This document shows positions 22,562-33,221 of a DNA stretch of 51,793 bases, piece after piece. Source of the stretch: Rhizaria sp. SCN 62-66 (lineage: Eukaryota); the NCBI GenBank assembly GCA_001724265.1, contig MEDY01000207.1:1-51793 (forward strand), given 5' to 3'. The translations under genes and the position numbers were made by a program. How positions within the stretch are numbered: the first letter of the stretch is position 1; the number at the start of each line of letters is the position of its first letter. Below the pieces are notes generated by a model that searched no databases, was not told the DNA's origin, and saw only the letters and a list, made by a program, of their open reading frames with translations.

Positions 22562-25500
22562 ATGAGCCTTCCTCCGCCGCCTCTTGCAGTGCATTACCAC
22601 CCGCTGTTGCTCTCCGGGCGCGACCTGGAGGCTACGCTGAGCGATGTCGACCCTTCCGCCCCGCCCTACTGCCTGCCCGCCGCCTCGGCTGCCACGCTCC
22701 CTGGCGTGCCGCAGACCGTGCCGTTCCCTGCCTACCGCGGGCCCGCGGCGTTGTCGGTACGCCTGGCGCCGTCCCCGGCCGCGGACCGGCACCTGAACCC
22801 GCCGTTCGGCCCCCTGTACCCCTGGTTCAGTCTGCTCTGGAGCCGGTGGTGCGCCCCGTCCCCGCGCTTCGCGGCGCTGACCCCCGCCGAGACCGAGGCC
22901 GAGCTCGCGGCCGGGCTCGAGTTCCTCCGCCTGCTCGCCGCGCGCCTACACGCCGTGATGCCGACTATGCGCAAGTCGTCCCTCGCGAAGGCAGTCACGG
23001 GCGCGACGTACCTCTACCACGTCTTCTATTCGCGCTTCTCTGTCGTCGACTTCTGTCCCGAAGAAACGGCCGCCGCGGCGCTCTTTCTCGGGCTCAAGAT
23101 GGCCGAGGCCAGGCTGGGCTCGCACCACGTGCTCTTGGCCGCGATCGCAACACAGGACACCGCGAACAAGGGCGGCAATGCTGCTGCTAGCGCTGCTGCT
23201 GCTGCTGCTGCAACTGCGACAACTGGCTCTAGCTCGAGTGCCCCTGCTTCAGCTGTAACGACTGTTTCCACGACCTCGCGGACTGGCGCTAACAAGCCGA
23301 CCTTTGTCCCCCTGATGCCGCAGCTGACCGTCGCCGCTACAGCGCAAGTCGTCGCGTTATCGGAAGCGGCTAAAATGCACACTGCACACACCCGCCATGC
23401 GTACTACAACAACAGTAGCAACAGCGCTGCAACCAGTGACAGTGCGAGTGCGAATACTTCGAGTTCGACTGCCCCGCCGCTGGGCTCGTTGACGGCAACG
23501 TCGTTGATCGCGCTCACAGTCACCCCGCCTCCCCCCGCTGCCACACAGTCGCAGCCTATGTATGCTACAGCGGCGCCTGCGACCAGTAGCGCTGAACCGC
23601 AAAGTCAAGCAGCCAAGGACTGCGACGACAGCACTAGCAGCTCGAGTGCCGCTGCACCTGCTACTGCCACTGCGCCTGCCACTGCGACTACGCGCGCGCC
23701 GAATGCGGCTGTGAGCAGCGTGCTGAGCTGCACCCCGCCCCACCTTTTCCCGCGCATGCCGCAGCGCGCCCAATTTGTGACGCTGGCTTCGGCCGTGACA
23801 CCGGCGGAGCTCGTGCTGCTGCAGCTCAATGGCGCGCCCGCGGGCTCGTGCTCGGCGCTGCTGCTGGAGCGCTTGCTCGCGCTCGAGCTGGCGCTGCTAG
23901 ACGCCTGCGACTACTCCTCCGCGCAGTCAGGTCCGTCAATCATAATGACCGATTAAAACAGTGCTATGATATTGTTAGTCGAAATTTTATTAGGTGCAAA
24001 TGTCGGAGATCGTGCTCTCTCTTTTCTTTACTCGCTCTTATCTTGTCTTAATATGGTTTGGTCTTCTCTATGCACGCTCTCTCTCTTCCTTAGGTCCCCT
24101 GGCGGCTCTTGACAAGCTGACGGCGCTGTTGGCCGGCAACAAGTGGGCCTGTTTGGGCAACCTCAACGCGCCCGCGCCCGCGACCGCGCCCGCGAGCAAC
24201 TCGACGAGCGCGTCGCAGGCGCCCTCGCACGCCGCGCTGAGCCAGTCGCAGAACCAGGCGCGGCGCCACTTCATCGAGATCCAGCGCCGCGCGGGCATCC
24301 TCATCGACACTGTGCTCGTGCGCAGCCCGCTGTGTCTGAGCGTCAGCGCGACGGCGCTGGCGGCCGCAGCCGTGGTCGCAGCGACCGTGCAGAACGGCCA
24401 GGAGCGTTACCTGCTGCCCGATGTCCCCACTCTCACCAACAACGCCGAAAACAACACCGGCGCGGGCGACGGCGGCTTGAGCGCTGGCGGCGCGGTGAGC
24501 AGCAGCGAGGACGTGAGTGGGTTGTTGGAGGGCGAGACCGAGAAGGACGCGCTGGCGCTCATCGCGCTGGCGGAGCGGCAGCACAAGGCCGCCGTCGCGC
24601 AGGGGCTTCTGCTGCCGGCGACCTCGAGCAGCAGCGGCGCCGGCGCCGCGGGCGCGCCTGCGAGCAGTCCCGCGGTGCCGGCCAACGAGCTCTGGCTGCG
24701 CTGCGTGCTGGGCCTCTCGACCGAGGGCGTGGTGACGGTTATGGCGCTGGCGCACACAATGCTCGTCGTCGCGGCGGCGGGCGCGCCGGTGCCTGTGGCC
24801 GCGGTCAACGCGACCGTCGCCGCGCTGACGTACAACAACACGCACGCGCCCGCGCCCGCGCACACGGGCCCCAAGCTACCGCTGGCACTGGTTGCCGCGC
24901 TGGCGGGCTACCCGTACGGCCCCGCCAGCGCCACGGCCAACCCCAACACTGGCACTGGCGCTGGTGCTGGTTACGTGATCACGAGTACCGGTGCAGGTGC
25001 GAGCGGCAAGGGCCACAAGAGCCCTCGGAAGCCCCAGTCAAGCCAAACCAATGCTAATGCCGACGCCAACGCCAGCGCGAAGAATGCCTCTAGAACCACC
25101 ACCACGGAGCAAAGCACAGCCTCGACCAACACCGCGGCCGACTCGAGCGCGGGCGCTGCTGCCGGCGCGACTGACGGTGCTGCTGCGAACCCGACCGTGT
25201 CGCGGCGCGTGTCTGCGATCCCCCGCAAGCAGCGCGCTGCCGCGGCCGGGCCCGTGACGCTCCCGGTGCCCGTATCCGTGTCGACGCCCGTGGCGGCCGC
25301 GGCGGCCGCGGGCGCAGGCTACGGGTACGGTGACGACGGCGGCGTGGGCGCGCTGGGCGGCCACGGCGATGGCGGGTATGGCGCGGGCGCGCCGGGCGCG
25401 GACAACGACACCGAGGCTGGGAACAAGAATGACTCCAGCAACAGCAACACCAACAGCAATAATCGCGACCGCGAGTCCGAGACCGGGACAGGCACGGGCG

Positions 25501-25775
25501 ACGTGGACGGCGACGCTGAGGGCGACGGCGACCGCGACGGCACGGGCATGACTGGGACGGAGCTGGGCACAGAGCTGGGGACAGAAACCGGGACCGGCGG
25601 CGGAGACATCGGAGGCGGCGGCGGCGGCGGCGGCGCGCGGGCCGGGGCCGGGGCGCGGACTCCCGGCGCGCTGCTCGACAGCGGCGGCGAGAGCGGCGCC
25701 GGCAGCAGCGGCAGCGACAGCGACAGCGATTGCGCGGGCGGGCTCGGCAGGAGGCGCCGGCAGAGCCTGAACTGA
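22562..25775 (+). CDS. Cyclin of the transcription-associated class (T/K/L-like) with long low-complexity inserts. Exons 22562-23930, 24094-25775
   Basis: PSPR..LTP.E.E.EL..GLEFL..LA.RL; ATYLYHVFYSRFS...AAAALFLGLKMAE; ERLLALELALLDACDY (cyclin box helices). Phase-1 GT-AG intron. Confidence 0.75.
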
Positions 25776-26234
25776 ACTACTTGAAGCGCGCCTGTGGATG
25801 AATTATGGTATAAGAGATTTGCTAGGAGACTAGAACTACGTGTAGATAGAAATTTTGAACTTTGTTTAAACAATAAATGTGATTATTGATCTTAAAAATG
25901 ACCACTATGACGAACTGCAGGACATAATTACGGCAATGCAGTCGAGGTAAAATGAATTCCTTTTTTCGGCCCATGTGGCCGAGTTTAGACTCAGTCGGCG
26001 CTGTGCGGTTCCGCAAGTTCGCGCGCACACAGCGATGTCAACGACAATAGCGTATTTTATTACACAATTAGTAATCAAGCATTTATTTCTATTTCTTATC
26101 CGTTTACTGTTGCTACTGACGTTCGCCATCCCCCACGCCGCTCACCTTCTCCAATCGCTCCCGACTCTCTTCCTCATTCTGCACTTGCCGCCCCTGCTGC
26201 CCGCCCGCAGCGTCTTCCGCGCGCCCCCGCCAGG

Positions 26235-29200
26235 ATGCCCCCGAAGGACAAGACCTCGGTGCTGTCCGCCGCGACGGCCACCGCGCTGCTCGGCGACGCC
26301 TCGGTTGCCCCGGACCGCTACCGCGTCGGCGGCAACATCGTCCGCTCGCCTGTGTGCTTCTCCGACGACGAAAAGACCTTTTTCTGCTGCGCTGGCTCCT
26401 CGGTTAAGACGTTCAACGTCACCACGGGCGCGCTGCTGGGCGTGCTTGAGGGCCACACTGCGCGCGTGTCGACCGTACTGATCAACCCCGAGAACGCGCT
26501 CCAGGTGTACACGGCGTCGCATGACGGCACGGTGCGCCTGTGGGACTACATCGAGTCGTCGTGCCTTGCAGTCTTCCAGGTCGGCATGCCCATCCTGCAC
26601 GCCGTGATGCAAAAGGACGCCGCCACCATCTACCTTAACTGCGACCCGCACCACTACGCGCGCCTCCTCCACAGCAGCGCCAGCAACACCGCCGCTCCTG
26701 GTGCTGACCCCGAGTCGAGCGCCGAGACCGCGACCGACAGCAGCAGCTCCAGCTCCAGCTCCAGCTCAAGCAGCAACTCCGAGTCCGCACTGTCGATCTC
26801 GTCGTGCCGCATTGTGTCGCTGTGCACCCGCACGCGCCGCACCGCGATTCTCTTCCGCGCGCGCGCGTGCCTGCAGCTCTGCATCTCCCCGGCGGGCGAC
26901 TTCCTGCTCTCGCTATCGGCGCAGACGCTGCAGCTCTACTCGTTCGCCGCCGCCGCCGTGCTCGCGCTGCCGCTGCCGCGCCGCACGACGACGCTCGCGG
27001 TGCACCCCTCGGAGCCCGTGCTGGCGCTGGGTGACGTCACCGGCCGCGTCACGCTCGTCTACAACTACTCGTCGCTGCCCGCCATCGCGGCCTCGCTGCG
27101 CGCCGCACACCCGTCGCTGAGCAGCGACGCGCTGTCGGACGCCGTGGCGGCCAAGATGCCGCGCACAGAGCTGCACTGGCACGCCGCGGCCGTGTCGGCG
27201 CTGGCCTTCTCCGAGGATGGCTCCTATGTCATCTCGGGCGGTGAGGAGGCCGTGCTGGTCTTCTGGCAGCTCGAGACGGGCCAGCGCCAGTTCCTGCCGC
27301 GTCTTGGCGCGCCACTGCAGCACATCACGACCTCGCCCCGTGGCTCGCTCTACGCCGTGGCGTGTGGCGACAACGCGATCCGCATGGTCAGCTCCATCTC
27401 CAACGCCGTCGTACACCACATCCAGGGGCTCCAGCTCGCCGCCGTCGCCTCAGCCGCCGCGGCCGCCACCGCCGCCGCCGCCGCCGCGACCGCCGCCGAG
27501 AAGGCCGCCGCGGCTGCCAACAGCACTGGCAGCGACGCGAGCACCAATGTGGGCGCGCTCGAGGCCGCGGCAACGGCTGCGCTGGAGCGCGTGGCCGTCC
27601 GCGCCGAGCGCGCGCGGCTGATCGCGGCGGGCTACAGCGTGGCCGCCGCGGAGGCCGCCGCCGAGGCTGCGTCGTCGTCGGCCGCGCAGCTGCTGTCGAG
27701 CACGCTGCCCGCCGGGCTGACAGTGGACCCCGCGACGGGCAGCGTGCTGCTGGGCGGGTGCGCGGGCCAGCTCCAGCTCTTCGACTCGGTGCTCGACAAG
27801 CACGTCGCCTCGCTCGCCGTGGTGGACCGCAACCAGGTCGCGCCAACGCATCTCACCGCGGCCGCGCACAACACCAACGGCGCGACGGCCAGCGGCGCCA
27901 ACGCGGCGCTGGCGCCCGTGGTGCGCGTCGAGCACGCCGTGTACGCGCCCGACGGCAGCTGGCTCGTCACCCTCGACCGCTGGGCCAACTGCGGCGCCGC
28001 CAACAAGGGTTCGCTCAAGTTCTGGCAGCGCGCTGCCACGGCCGCCGCCACCGCCGCGGACTCGGCCACCGGCAACGGCGCGGTGGCCGGCGCCGCCGGG
28101 GCCACGGGCGCGGGCGCCGGCGCGACGACCGCGGTCGGCGCGGCGACGTACGTGCTTTCGTCGCGCTCCGAGGCGCCCCACGGCCAGGCGACGAGCGTGA
28201 CGGGCGTGGCTTACCACCCCACGCTGCCGCTGGTGGTGACCACGGCCGCCGACGGGACCTTCAAGCTGTGGGCGCCGCACGGCGTCGAGTCGACGCTGGT
28301 CACCAACACGCGCCGCGACCGCAAGCGCACCGACACCGATGACGGCGGCCGCAAGCGCATCTTGCCCTCGGCCTCGGGCCACCTCACCAGCAGCCACGGC
28401 GCGGGCGCGCCCGCGACGGTGCTGCGGACCACCCCGTTGTGGGGCTCGGTCGCGGCCGGCGAGTCGCGCTTCGCGGGCGCGCCCCGCTGCGTCGCCTTCT
28501 CGGGCGACGGTTCGCTGCTCGCGCTCGCCGCGGGCCCCGCCATCGCGCTGTGGGCCGTGTCGCCCGCGACGGGCGCCGCGACGCTGATGCAGACGCTGAC
28601 GCACCCGCCGCCGTGCGCGCCGGTCCGCGCGCTCGCGCTGCCGCCGCAGTCGTCCGTGGTCGTCGCAGCGACGGGCAGCGCGCTCTACGCGTGGTCGCTG
28701 CTGACGTGCTCGGTCGCGTGGAGCTACCACATGCGCGTCGCGGCCGTCTCGGCGCACCCCACGCTGCCGTACTTCGCCGCGCTCGTCGTGCTGCCCTCGC
28801 AGCAGCAGAACACCACCGCGAGCGCCGCCGCTGAGCCCACCGCCGCTGCTGTGGCAGCCGCCCCCGTGACCGGCGGGTCAAAGAAGCGCCGCGGCCCCGG
28901 CGCCACAACCGCTGCCGACCTCGCGAGCAACACGACGCACACCGGCGACGCCGCTGACGTCGCGGCCGCGTCGCCCGCGAGCGTGGTCAAGCCCGCCAAG
29001 CGGTGCGTGATCCTGGTTTTCCACGCCGACTCCCCGGTGCCCGTGCGCGTCATCGACGCCTCGGACGCGCGCTTTGACAAGGCCGCCAACCCGGCCGCGG
29101 GCACGCTCGCCGGCGCGGGCGGGAAGGGCCGCCGCGGCCACCGCAAGCACGACGCCGGCGCGGCGCCCTCGCTGTCCAACACCAACAGCATCAGCGACGA

Positions 29201-29933
29201 CAACGGCGCCGGCGCCGGCGTGCCCGCGAGCGTGGGCGGCGCCAACGCCGTCTTCGCGTCCGCCGGCGACGACGACAACGGTGACGCGCTGGCGGCCGCC
29301 GTCCCGCGCTCGCTGTACAGCGCGGCGCTGACCTGGGTGACGCACCCACTGGGCTCGCCCGCCGACGCGCTGCCGCTGCCGCCCGTAGCCGCCGACGACG
29401 CGCGCCCCCGCGACCGCGCGTCGCTGGTGTACCTGTCGCGCTCGCATGAGCTCGTCCGCGTCCCGCTCGCGCTTTACCCGCGCGCCGCCGACGCCGAGAC
29501 CGCGGTGTCGCTCGCGCATGCCACGGCCCAGGCCGCCGTCAACGCAGCTGCGGCCGCCGCGGGCGCTGCGGGCAGCGCGGGCGCGGTCGGCAACGCCTTC
29601 TTGCAGCTCTACGGCGCCAGCAAGCGCGCGCAGTCGGGGCTCTCCGCGGCGGCCGCTGCGGCGGCGGCGGCGGGGCCCGTGGACTCGGCGTCGCTGGCCG
29701 CCAGTACCAACCACGGGCTCCACGCGGCGCTGCTCGCATTCCTGCGCACGCCCGCGCACGCTGTGGGCTCGCTCGCGCTCGTTTACGGCGGCTTTATGGA
29801 GGCATTCCTGCGCAAGCGCGCCAAGGCGAGCACCAAGCCCGTCGTCGTCGCCGCCGCGTCGGCTCACGGCAGCAGTGCCGGTGGCATCGGCGCCGGGTTC
29901 GGCAGTGTGGGCTTCGACGCTGTGCTTGGTTGA
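26235..29933 (+). CDS. WDR75: WD repeat protein 75 (UTP17/NAN1), SSU processome UtpA subunit
   Basis: GGNIVRSPVCFSDD; WD repeats; LHWHAAAVSALAFSEDGSYVISGGEEAVLVFWQLETGQRQFLPRLG; LKFW. Confidence 0.9.
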   Translation: MPPKDKTSVLSAATATALLGDASVAPDRYRVGGNIVRSPVCFSDDEKTFFCCAGSSVKTFNVTTGALLGVLEGHTARVSTVLINPENALQVYTASHDGTVRLWDYIESSCLAVFQVGMPILHAVMQKDAATIYLNCDPHHYARLLHSSASNTAAPGADPESSAETATDSSSSSSSSSSSSNSESALSISSCRIVSLCTRTRRTAILFRARACLQLCISPAGDFLLSLSAQTLQLYSFAAAAVLALPLPRRTTTLAVHPSEPVLALGDVTGRVTLVYNYSSLPAIAASLRAAHPSLSSDALSDAVAAKMPRTELHWHAAAVSALAFSEDGSYVISGGEEAVLVFWQLETGQRQFLPRLGAPLQHITTSPRGSLYAVACGDNAIRMVSSISNAVVHHIQGLQLAAVASAAAAATAAAAAATAAEKAAAAANSTGSDASTNVGALEAAATAALERVAVRAERARLIAAGYSVAAAEAAAEAASSSAAQLLSSTLPAGLTVDPATGSVLLGGCAGQLQLFDSVLDKHVASLAVVDRNQVAPTHLTAAAHNTNGATASGANAALAPVVRVEHAVYAPDGSWLVTLDRWANCGAANKGSLKFWQRAATAAATAADSATGNGAVAGAAGATGAGAGATTAVGAATYVLSSRSEAPHGQATSVTGVAYHPTLPLVVTTAADGTFKLWAPHGVESTLVTNTRRDRKRTDTDDGGRKRILPSASGHLTSSHGAGAPATVLRTTPLWGSVAAGESRFAGAPRCVAFSGDGSLLALAAGPAIALWAVSPATGAATLMQTLTHPPPCAPVRALALPPQSSVVVAATGSALYAWSLLTCSVAWSYHMRVAAVSAHPTLPYFAALVVLPSQQQNTTASAAAEPTAAAVAAAPVTGGSKKRRGPGATTAADLASNTTHTGDAADVAAASPASVVKPAKRCVILVFHADSPVPVRVIDASDARFDKAANPAAGTLAGAGGKGRRGHRKHDAGAAPSLSNTNSISDDNGAGAGVPASVGGANAVFASAGDDDNGDALAAAVPRSLYSAALTWVTHPLGSPADALPLPPVAADDARPRDRASLVYLSRSHELVRVPLALYPRAADAETAVSLAHATAQAAVNAAAAAAGAAGSAGAVGNAFLQLYGASKRAQSGLSAAAAAAAAAGPVDSASLAASTNHGLHAALLAFLRTPAHAVGSLALVYGGFMEAFLRKRAKASTKPVVVAAASAHGSSAGGIGAGFGSVGFDAVLG

Positions 29934-31144
29934 ACAAGCAATAGCTCGGCATGACAAGAATTGCCTGTAAAGTTATTCCTAAGAGTAGTATGACCGGTGT
30001 ATGGCCCAGTTTGAGCTCATATTAGTAAGGAATGACCTGTACGTAAACTATAGTGATGGCCACTGAGGCACCCATTGAACAACTGGGACTTCGCGTGATG
30101 TCTCTCTCATTAGCGTTAATTATCGTGTCAAAATACAAATATAATTCATATCTGTACATGCACTAAACTTATTTGTTGTGGAGCAATTCCAAAAATCGTG
30201 TAAAGTATGCTATGTGCATTGTCAGTCATCGTCGATGATGACGCTCCCCTTCCACTCGAGTCACTTCGATGATCTCGCATCAACGCTTGCATCGAACGCG
30301 TCAACCTTGATCATGGCAATTTTATGTTTGAGCAGTGTGATGTTTTAGTGCCAGCGCGTCGCGATCGCGATGATAGCGGGCGTGAGCGACTGCCGCTGTC
30401 CGTGTGATGTTAGTGACAGCAGTGTTCTAACCACAGTTGTAACTTTGTTTTTAATATTCCAGTATATAATGAAAGAATTAAGAATAACTTTTTCACTTAA
30501 CTTATTTTGTGATCTTTTCAATTTTTATTTGTAGCTTTAATTTTATCAGACGATCAAATTATGCATCGACCGAAAGTGAGAGAAAAAATTCGATGGCATG
30601 TCGAACATGAGCGAGGAGAACAATATCGCATTAAAATGTCATTAAAGCAATATGAAGTATGTGAAATCCAAATTGAAATGTATTGTTGCACAATGTGCAT
30701 ATCTTTTGCGACGATTTTTATCTTCCGACACGGTAGTAATCAATTTGCTTCAATTTGTACAGATATCTTCGACGAGTCAGAGTGTTACATGTTGAAACGA
30801 CAACAGTGAAATAAACAGTAGCCAGCGGTAGTTATGATAAAACAAGTGAATAATTGGAAACAAAATCCGGAGAAGATAGCAACACGAGTAACAAAAGCTC
30901 TTTGGTAGCACATATCAACCCTTGACAAACAGGATATTTTCAGGTATGATTAGTTGTTTGCATGAGCATGGAATAAAATACAGATGATAATTCAATCTTA
31001 GCAAGATCCAGAATTGCGCTTTCCTTAATTAGATAGCTATCTCAATTCTAGAAGCTGCTGCTAAGCCACGCGCCAGCTTGCTTCGGTCATTTTTATCATT
31101 GACCTTGGCACATTCGGCTGTGACGAGTGAGGTTCGTCGCTGAC

Positions 31145-32665
31145 TCAGCGACGGAACGAGTTGCCGGACACCGGGGCCCACTTGCTCGACCCGGACTTCG
31201 TGCCCCCGGTGCCGACACCCGCGCCAGGAGCTGGGGCCGGAGCCGGGGCAGGGGCAGCAGCAGGGGCGCTGTTGTTGAGGCCCGGCGGCAGCGGCGGCGG
31301 CATCACTTCGGCGGTCGGCAGCGGCGGCACCGGCGGCGGCGCGCCCAAGTTGTTGCCTCCCGAGATGTTTGCGGTCAGCACGGGCGACGCCAGCGCGAGC
31401 ACCATCGGCGGCGGCACCGACGGCGGCAGCGCGGGCACGGGCGGCAGCGCACCGCCGCCATTGGCACTGGCTCCACTGCTGGCGCCGCCGGGCGCCGACG
31501 TGGGGATCGGCGGCGGCGGCGGGCCGGCCGCGCCGGGCTTGCTGGGCGGCATCGACGGCAGCGCAGGGGGCGGCACGGCGTCCGTGGGCGCCGGCGGCAC
31601 CGGCGGCGGCGCGGCGGCACTGTCGTTGGCGCTGCCGTTAGCGCCGGCAGGAGTACTAAAGGGCGCGGCGGCGGAGACGGCGGGGGGCGCCGAGGCGGGC
31701 GCGAGCGGCGGCGAGGGCACCGGCGCGGGGGGGATGGGCATGGCGGGCATCGCGCTCTCGCGGCGCGGCGGCACAGACGTCGGTACTGGGGGCGCGCCGC
31801 TGTTGGGCGCGTTGCTGCTGCTGCTGTTGTTGTTCGCGCTCGAGTTAGCGGGAGGGAGCGGGGGCGGCGGCGGGGGACCGGGGCGCATGGACGGGCTCGC
31901 GCTGTTGGCGGGGATGGCGGCGACGCCGAGAGACAGCGATGGGAGAGCGGCGGCGTTGTTGGCGGCGTTGGCGTTGTTGTTGTTGTTGTTGTTGTTGGAG
32001 AGAGCGGGGGAGATGTGCGCGTGGAGCGGGGAGCCGATGGGGGACCCCACCTCGTTCTCATCGATCGTGTCGAACGCGCGATGCGACACGCGGTTGTTCG
32101 TGCGGTTCTTGACCACGGGCTTGCTGTGGTGCGTGAGCTGGCTCTGCAGCTGCTTCTCCTCGGCTGTGAGCTTGACGGGCGTGTTGCTCAGGTCCGGCTT
32201 AGCGTCCTTCTTCTTGTCCTGGCCCCACTTGCCGCCCTTGTTATTGTTGCTGTTGTTGTCCTTGGCGGCCGCAGGGGGCGCGGCGGGAACGGGGGGCATT
32301 CCCTTTCTACCGTTTAGCCCCGAGGGCGACGCAACGGGCGCCGCGCGAGGCGAGGCCACGCCGGCGGGCGCCTTCTTGGCCAGGTCGGCGAGCTTCAGAG
32401 GCTCGCCCAGCGGGACCACGCGCGGGGACACGAGCGGGGAGCGCGTGGCGGCAAGATCGGCGGGCGCGACGTTGCGGGAATCTGCGGCAGAGGCTTCGGC
32501 GTTGGAGACGGCGTTGATGACGGAGCGCCAGTAAGACACCTGCGCGGTGTGGTGGGCGAGCTGTTGCGAGGCGTGTACGAGCAGCCACCCCTTGGCGGCG
32601 CTGCAGCCTTCGGAAGCGAGCGCCGAGAGCGCCGCGTCGGACGGGAGCTCGGGGTCGAAATCCAT
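31145..32665 (-). CDS. Proline-rich, largely disordered protein of unknown function
   Basis: Intronless ORF with coding-type codon usage; short helical N-terminus, then many PPPVP/PPxP tracts. Likely start ATG at 32665. Confidence 0.75.
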   Translation of the reverse strand: MDFDPELPSDAALSALASEGCSAAKGWLLVHASQQLAHHTAQVSYWRSVINAVSNAEASAADSRNVAPADLAATRSPLVSPRVVPLGEPLKLADLAKKAPAGVASPRAAPVASPSGLNGRKGMPPVPAAPPAAAKDNNSNNNKGGKWGQDKKKDAKPDLSNTPVKLTAEEKQLQSQLTHHSKPVVKNRTNNRVSHRAFDTIDENEVGSPIGSPLHAHISPALSNNNNNNNNANAANNAAALPSLSLGVAAIPANSASPSMRPGPPPPPPLPPANSSANNNSSSSNAPNSGAPPVPTSVPPRRESAMPAMPIPPAPVPSPPLAPASAPPAVSAAAPFSTPAGANGSANDSAAAPPPVPPAPTDAVPPPALPSMPPSKPGAAGPPPPPIPTSAPGGASSGASANGGGALPPVPALPPSVPPPMVLALASPVLTANISGGNNLGAPPPVPPLPTAEVMPPPLPPGLNNSAPAAAPAPAPAPAPGAGVGTGGTKSGSSKWAPVSGNSFRR

Positions 32666-33221
32666 GGTCGTGCGCGGGGCGAAGGGAACAAAGAGGACCG
32701 AGGATGGATGCAAAGGCGGGAAGATGTGACACCGCCGAGGTTAAGAAGGCTGCACGACAGGAAAAAAGAAATAATGAGCGATATGTCAAAGGCAAAGCAA
32801 ATGAAAAAATCAAGCTTAGTAGAAAAGCGCCAAAAGTTCTATTGCAAAAGAGATACACGACTTAATGCGGTTTTAGTGACGTGATAATCGCACATGATGC
32901 GGCGCGCAAAGGAGGAGAGATATGACGCAAGCCAGAAGTCGATATCTTTCCAACCGTAATCTAAAGTTCATTTTCCTCGTTTATCGCGCTGAAACAGAGC
33001 CCCACGGAGTTATGACCACAATATTCAAGAAGGCGAGAACTTAATGTGTTCAATAAATTACGTTGTTTTATTGCAAATACACAAATGCGGGGCGCAATCC
33101 CCGCTTAATACTAGTCATAACTCTTCGGCCCTGACATCAGCATGTGACGACTAGATCGAGTAGTCATTTCCAGACATAGATAACCAGTAGTACGCGTTCC
33201 ACCTCAGCGCGTATGTGTTCT

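Noticed and set aside
33087-33104. GCGGGG/CCCCGC hairpin downstream of NUP85
   Set aside because: A single 6-bp stem with no SECIS-like or other diagnostic features.
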